A DNA stretch of 64,000 bases from Schizochytrium sp. TIO01. Lineage: Eukaryota; Protista; Bigyra: Labyrinthulomycetes. The position numbers and the translations under genes are program-made. Shown here piece by piece: positions 57,930 through 64,000 of this stretch; position 1 is the first letter of the stretch; the number at the start of each line of letters is the position of its first letter. The notes under the pieces were generated by a model. The model was not told the origin of the DNA, made no database searches, and was given only the letters and a program-made list of their open reading frames with translations. The DNA lies in contig SMSO01000037.1 in the NCBI GenBank assembly GCA_004764695.1, positions 3,572,747 to 3,636,746 on the forward strand, read 5' to 3'.

Positions 57930-60706
57930 ATGATAGGCCGCAAGAACTCCTCGCCAAAACTACTTCTAGGGCTAGTTGCATGGATTTGTTTCTTAGCAGG
58001 CCCTGGGGCAAAGGCCTATTGGACGCGAGATGAAACCTTGCTTTCTATTAGTTATGTAGTTGAGTCTGACATGGCAAAGTCTCTAAGCCCTATGCGTTGT
58101 ATACAAGCTCACTTGAGTCATAGTAATCTGCCCCTTGAGGGACTCCACAACTTGCTCTTTGTAGAGTATGATCCGTGTAAGGACCTTCCATCAGATCCAT
58201 TCGTACTCTACTTTAATGCAACCAGGCTATGGGCGTGGGATTATGCGTGTGATGAGCCAAGTCTATCACAAGCAGAAGCTTATGATATTTTCAACAAAAG
58301 CTCTATGGTTGTTGTGGCGCATCACCGATCTCCAATTCCGTACGAAACAAGCGATTCGCGAACAGAGCTTCCTGTGCCAATGTGCTATGTTCCATCCGAG
58401 GACTCAAAAGTATTGGCTGATATTGAGGCTGGAGCAAGCAGCATGACAATATCTGTGCAGAATGGCGAAGCCGAACATGTTGCTGTGCATAGCGACAAGT
58501 CTTCATCTTCAATTAATGTATATGCTGACGGGGAGCTTCTGCATTCTACGCCCATACGTGTGAACGACCGCTTCGAAATCCTTAAGCTTGTACATGAAAC
58601 ATATCGCATCATTAGTTTTGTTGCTGACGCTGGAACGCGCTGGGCAACTGTTGCAGTTACCGACGGTTATACAACAACGGAAAACTCGTGGTACTGTGCC
58701 TCTCTGGGAGAAGCCGAAGCCTCGGGTTTGGCGTGGATGCATGCGAATTCAACAAAGGACATTCTTACGTCATCTACGTGGAAGCGCCCTCCCAAGTTAG
58801 AATCCGTGAGTGTGACTTCACTGAAAAGTTTTTTAAACCTGAACACAACGCAAATCTCTTTGCACGGTTTCACAGGCAAAGTTGCCTGTCGTGGTATTCG
58901 TGGAAATGCAGAGATTCTTCACCGTGCTAAAGCGTATCGTGTAATTGATGACGCAGAATCATGGCCAAAGGCAGAGAAAAAGTGCCTGCAACTAGGTATG
59001 CAGCTAGTCTCGATCCACTCCTTCCGTGATAATCGATTCGTATCGTCCTTGATACAAAGTGCTATTCGTCACACTACCGCAGCTCGTGCATGGATTGGCA
59101 TGAAGAACGAGGCATGGTCTGACAATTCTGTTGTTGACTTCTATGCTTATAACCCATATATAGATAATGAAGAGTATGGTACTTCAGATGATAATTATGA
59201 CGTGGATGAAGAAGAGTCGCAAGACCAATTCATGATTCTTCGCTCGGCCAACATAAATTCATATAACTGGTTGCGCTCGCCCTTGGTGACCAAGTTCTTC
59301 CGTTTGTGTGCCAAAGGTTTGTGGAAGACAGCGGAAATACCTTTGATAGCGGCCAACGCTGCATGTGGTATATGACAGGAGAAGCAGAAACTGAAGGACA
59401 AACATACACTCCGCCTAAGATTCGCTCTGGCACATCCGGTCTTTGCACATTTGGCAAGTCTGCGTTATCATGTTGCTCGGACCTTTTTGTCGATACAACC
59501 GTGCGTCAACGTATTGAGGCGATTAAGCATGCTATGCTGTCTGGGAGCCAGCGTGATAAAACTAAAGACTCACAAGCCTGTGTGGATCTCATTGAACAAG
59601 TGAGCTGTTTTGATTGCCAAGCCAATCAAGGAGAATATCTCTCTTATTCCAACGGTATTCGCAAGGTTCGGGTATGTCCTGACACTTTCAAACTTATTGA
59701 AAATACGTGTGCTGGACTTTTTTCGTTTCTTCAGACTCAAGCCAACTCAACGCGCCTCGTTGAGGCATTTTTTGAAATAATTCTCCAAACGGAACACGAA
59801 GCAGTCAAGACAGATGCAGTCGAACACACCGCTATGGATAACTGTTTTCGCATCGATGACGGTCCTCCCATTATTCTGCAACGAGTTCCTGAAACAACGA
59901 TCAGTCCGTATATTAATGAGATCCGTTTAACATTTTCCAGCTCTGTTCGTGTTGGTACCTTCTTAAGCCTACTCGTTCTGCCCTATCCTAGCAAAGTGAG
60001 CGACTCACTCCTTATCGGTCGTCGTCTAATCTTTGACAACCTTTTCAGCCATAATGCAATTCGCTACGCCACGGTGAATCAGGAGAATGACACAGTTGTT
60101 CTCGACCTTACAAAAGATACCTCGAGCAACTCTTTATGCATTTTCAATGAGGGTCAATACCGTCTTGTGCTGGACGGGTCTGGTGTGTATGATTTGGCTG
60201 GAAATTTGTACGTTCAGCAGGACAAATGGATTCTGCAATCTCACTCAAGTTGTTATGAGCCAAATTACTCTCTCGTCTGGTTTGTGGTGACCTGCACAGC
60301 TTTAACAAGTGTCATATTTGTCGGTATGTACATTCGACACATGATATTCGTGCAACGACATGCAGAGGCCCTGCTTCCGGTCAGTTATGCTGATGATAAT
60401 TACTCTGGATCTCACGCTCAATTCCAACGTCTTAATGATAATGGCGAAGAACAGGAAGGCGAAGCAGAAGGTGAAGGACTCAATGGCAACAGGACTGGGA
60501 CTTCTTTTCAAGTTTCTGGGCCCAGCGGAACCTACGCCAGCGTATCTCAAGGGCTATACAATGAACGTAACGAGACTAGCTATATTGATGATGACGACGA
60601 TGAGCACGACTATACTATCGGTGAAGCTTCCTATGAAGCATCATCAAATGATCGACCTCTTATTGGAAAACGTAGAGCACAGGCTTTAGAGATGCAAGAA
60701 TTCTAA
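57930..60706 (+). CDS. Type I membrane receptor-like mosaic: PA-like, beta-sandwich, C-type lectin, folate-receptor-like Cys domain, Big_5-like Ig, TM, acidic Tyr-rich tail (~925 aa after restoring 1 nt at ~59267-59300)
   Basis: Signal peptide. CTLD SWPKAEKKCLQLGMQLVSIHS..WIGM..W continues in the other frame as GDQVLPFVCQR. Cys pattern SCC..CVDLIEQVSCFDC..VC..C; PPII..RLTFS..YRLVL..VYDLAGN; TM LVWFVVTCTALTSVIFVGMYI. Confidence 0.8.
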
Positions 60707-61033
60707 ATATTTCGTATTAATCGTAGACAAACTCTACAAACCAGACGTCCATCCGCAAGATTCATTTCTCTATGATGGAGCGCTGGCCACCGCTGTTGAT
60801 TTTTTGATTTAAAAAAATAAATATACATACATAATCAAATTTCAATACCTAAGGAAATATTTGATTGCATATTTAATGCCACATAACTAAGGATGGCCAT
60901 TCGAGATTTCTTTGCTTTGGGAAAATAGGAAAACACAGAGTTGAAACGGAAAAAGTGCAGAACAAACGAGAGTAAGTTCCTCTTGAAAGTTGTCTGGTTG
61001 GTTTAAACAAATAAAAGAAACACGAAGGCAATT

Positions 61034-63886
61034 TTAGAAGGCTTGGTGGTCTGTATTCTCTTCTTCGTTGACTTCTTTTAAAGCTTGACCCGCATTTCTA
61101 AGCTGAGCTCGCATGTTTTGAAACTCAATGTCCTCAGTTCGATCAACACGAAATATATTACAAAGTCTTCTCTCCGACTGATGCTGACTGCTCCATTTTC
61201 CACTACCAGCTTGAGACGCAGCAGATCGGTCTTCTTTCGAAACTCTACTTCCCATTGTACGTTTGCTTGGAGAAGCAGCGATTTCTGATTCAGTTCCAGC
61301 AAGACTTCCGCTCAATGGGCTACTCACGGCCACTGAGGACTTGATTTTGAGAGACTGATTTCGCAAGTCATCGTATGAAAGTTCTTCCTCTGTATTAGCT
61401 CTGACACGAACATTGGTAGCCGGTTGAGGATCTTTAATACAATTCAAATCTAGCCTCGCGCGGTCCATGATAGGCACTGATGAACCTTGTGACAAAGACT
61501 CGGTGGTCAATAAACCCGCCTGAGCCGCAAGCTCACATAAACGATTCACTTGACCGATTTTTTCTTGTATTACCGATATGTGATGTATAGCTTTTGCAAC
61601 TTCCGTGTTCTGAAGGAGGTTAGTCTCAACTACCGATCCTGTGTTAGTTGCACCTCCTGAGTGGTTTCCAGGTATATGAGAATCATCGGAATCAGTCTTT
61701 CCTTTGCGGACGACCTGTTTTGGTTGACTCGTAAGTAAAGAATGAGTTGTATCAAGCTTGTGAACCCACTCTTCATGCATGGATACTCCCTCAAGCTTTT
61801 CACACAAGCCTTGGATACACACCGAAAATGCTGCAAGCATAGAACCACGTTCTTGTATACGCGCTCGAGCTTCTTGTTTTCTCTGCTTAGCCCCGTTGAG
61901 TTCTCGGTGCAGATCCTCATACGCATGTTGCTTAAGACGTGCGTTCGTGCTTCCAGCGCGTTGATCAATCAAAGACAGCTGTTCTGTTAGCTGTTGTTTA
62001 GTCGCTGCAAGCTCTTGAATCTTCTTTTGCACAGTGGCTTCTTCTCTATAAATATTTGCTTCGACCTCTCTATTAGTGTGAGCCCAGTCTAGCATCTCCT
62101 GAGGTGTAATTATTTTTACACCACTCCGTTCTTCAATAGACTTGAAAATTGTTTGAATTTCTCTTGGGCCATATTTATTGGTACCAAGTTGTTGTTGAAT
62201 CTCTTTTGCATGCTTGCCTTTGTGACTGATAATAGATGCAATGTTAGCCATCTCCTGCTTAGCAAGCTTTGATTTAATACGAGCAGTCCGTCGACGGCTT
62301 ACACCATGTTCTGGTATAGGATCCAATTCGCTCTCAAGCACTGCTCGTCCGCCAAGAACGCCTCCTTTACTAATTGCTGAATCCCCGATAGAACCCTCCC
62401 CAACAAGCGATAGTAAACTTTTCGTAGAGCCTGCAGCCGCTCCAAGGTGTACTCTTTGTGAGCCTCCGTGCAGGTTTGAGTTGAGAGTGTCACTCGAAAA
62501 CAGATTTTGAATGCTCGAGGCAAGGTAACCTGTCAAAGCGTCAACTTTCGCAATTTCGTCCCGCCGCTCTGCTAGAGCTTCAAAGTATTTTCGTTCAGTA
62601 GCTCGAAGTGATATCTCGAGAGCAGCGCGTTGTTGTACAGCATGCTCTGACTCTCGTTTGGTCATTTTACAAAGTGCATTTGTCTCTTCCTCACCTTCTT
62701 CAAGGATCTTCAAAGCTTCTACCTTCCCAGCTATGGAAGCCTGGCGAACTTTTTGCGAGTCCTCACTGCGCTCAAGCATGTATCGCATCGTGGGAAGGTA
62801 ATTTACAAGATGTGAATTCTCGCTTTCCAGATCATGAAGCTGCGCTTCGAGTTTTGAGACTTGCGATTCTAAAGCTTCTCTTGCGTCCGAATCTTTCGCG
62901 AGCTGTGCAGCTACTTCATTGCGCTTATCCCGAGCACTTTGGACCCTTGCAGTAAGCTCATTGACTTCCGCATGAATAGCGTTATAACTTGAATGCATAA
63001 CAACAATTCGTGATTCTACTTGGTCAAGAGCGGATGGTCCTGTGCCCCCAGCAGTATTGGGTCCACGTGAGGTTGGTGCTGGGGTTTCTGCAAGTACCTT
63101 GCTTGTTGTCGGGCGTTCTAGGTAGCTGCTTTGGAGATTTGCGTTGTTTGCAATCCCAGATTCGGAGTCCTCCGTTAAACCCACAATCACCTTTAGGTTT
63201 TGGTGTCCTGGGGCATGTTTTGTACTTTGGACGCACTGACTCCTCAGCTCCAGCAGCATGCGTCGCATCTGTGCTCGCAGGTCAGCAGTGTTGTCAGCAT
63301 CCATTGATGGCCGGTACGCTTCAATAACGCTGTCTTCATCCTCAGTTACTTTCGTCTCAGGAATTTTAGTACGTCCTCTCGGTGTACTGGTATGCGGTCG
63401 AACTCGAAGTTTGCGTGGACTGTGTTTACTGTAAGCTGGGTATGGCTTACGAGGCTGAGATGGTGCTGACTTTGGTCGCTCAAGCTCTGTCTCTGGCAAT
63501 GTGCTAATTTTGTTGCTTGTTGCATGAGGCGCTGTGATAGTCCGCACACACTCGTCGTCATTCTCGAATGAGTTTCGAGATTCTTGGCTGTCACTTTGTG
63601 TAGAACACTGCTTCTCTGGTCTCTGTTCTGCGACGGTCTTGGTTCGTCTGTTTTGATCAAAGTTGTTTAGGCCAAGAGAAGAGCCAGAGGACGGTGGCAC
63701 TCTCCTTCGCGCTGTTGAAGGTCGACTTAAAAAAACTTCTCGATGAAGGTTACTGGAGTTTGGCAAACTCGGTCCGGTGGTTTGCAAAAAGTACGACGAT
63801 ATCGGTCGATCTCGTCTCCGGCGAACACATGCTGTCACCTTCGCACTGCTGTTGCTACTGCTCGTGCTGTTGTTGTCGCTGCTCAT
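61034..63886 (-). CDS. Long coiled-coil protein, 950 aa, possibly related to outer-dynein-arm docking proteins (CCDC151/ODAD-like)
   Basis: Intact long ORF with two heptad-rich regions. IFKSIEERSGV..PQEML and TNVRVR resemble ODAD-family segments (weak). Disordered N-terminus carries repeated RPx[S/T] motifs. Confidence 0.8.
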   Translation of the reverse strand: MSSDNNSTSSSNSSAKVTACVRRRRDRPISSYFLQTTGPSLPNSSNLHREVFLSRPSTARRRVPPSSGSSLGLNNFDQNRRTKTVAEQRPEKQCSTQSDSQESRNSFENDDECVRTITAPHATSNKISTLPETELERPKSAPSQPRKPYPAYSKHSPRKLRVRPHTSTPRGRTKIPETKVTEDEDSVIEAYRPSMDADNTADLRAQMRRMLLELRSQCVQSTKHAPGHQNLKVIVGLTEDSESGIANNANLQSSYLERPTTSKVLAETPAPTSRGPNTAGGTGPSALDQVESRIVVMHSSYNAIHAEVNELTARVQSARDKRNEVAAQLAKDSDAREALESQVSKLEAQLHDLESENSHLVNYLPTMRYMLERSEDSQKVRQASIAGKVEALKILEEGEEETNALCKMTKRESEHAVQQRAALEISLRATERKYFEALAERRDEIAKVDALTGYLASSIQNLFSSDTLNSNLHGGSQRVHLGAAAGSTKSLLSLVGEGSIGDSAISKGGVLGGRAVLESELDPIPEHGVSRRRTARIKSKLAKQEMANIASIISHKGKHAKEIQQQLGTNKYGPREIQTIFKSIEERSGVKIITPQEMLDWAHTNREVEANIYREEATVQKKIQELAATKQQLTEQLSLIDQRAGSTNARLKQHAYEDLHRELNGAKQRKQEARARIQERGSMLAAFSVCIQGLCEKLEGVSMHEEWVHKLDTTHSLLTSQPKQVVRKGKTDSDDSHIPGNHSGGATNTGSVVETNLLQNTEVAKAIHHISVIQEKIGQVNRLCELAAQAGLLTTESLSQGSSVPIMDRARLDLNCIKDPQPATNVRVRANTEEELSYDDLRNQSLKIKSSVAVSSPLSGSLAGTESEIAASPSKRTMGSRVSKEDRSAASQAGSGKWSSQHQSERRLCNIFRVDRTEDIEFQNMRAQLRNAGQALKEVNEEENTDHQAF

Positions 63887-64000
63887 GGTTCACAGCAAAA
63901 CTCGAGAGGCTTGTCAACTCAAATACCTTCCGCTTTCCACTGCAGCAGTGCTGACATGAATAGTGTGTATAACAACCCAAGCTAGCTTTCTCTCAAGACC

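Overview
Eukaryotic, intron-poor genomic DNA in the standard genetic code. Gene content and style suggest a stramenopile, most likely a thraustochytrid or labyrinthulomycete; this is inference and was not tested. I can support 13 protein-coding genes: (1) a secreted protein with two VWD-like modules joined by a PTEA/PTAA mucin linker; (2) an RNF141-like RING E3 ligase; (3) CCT3; (4) PRMT1; (5) a membrane-anchored M11 (gametolysin-like) metzincin; (6) an NPK1/ANP-like MAPKKK; (7) cardiolipin synthase; (8) a TmcB-like PAS membrane protein; (9) a divergent PP2A-A-like HEAT protein; (10) a DUSP-USP deubiquitinase with one intron; (11) a flavoredoxin-like flavin reductase with one intron; (12) a mosaic type I receptor (PA-like, C-type lectin, folate-receptor-like, Ig); (13) a coiled-coil protein that is probably flagellar. 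Three genes are each broken by one missing base in a short homopolymer, most likely assembly indels. The regions 1-4.7 kb and 9-23.8 kb are AT-rich gene deserts; decayed transposon-like remnants lie in the second desert and in several shorter intergenic gaps. The most striking unexplained element is a ~260-310 nt non-coding segment upstream of CCT3 (26691-27000) with nested complementary helices, a candidate structured ncRNA. No rRNA, tRNA or CRISPR features were recognised.
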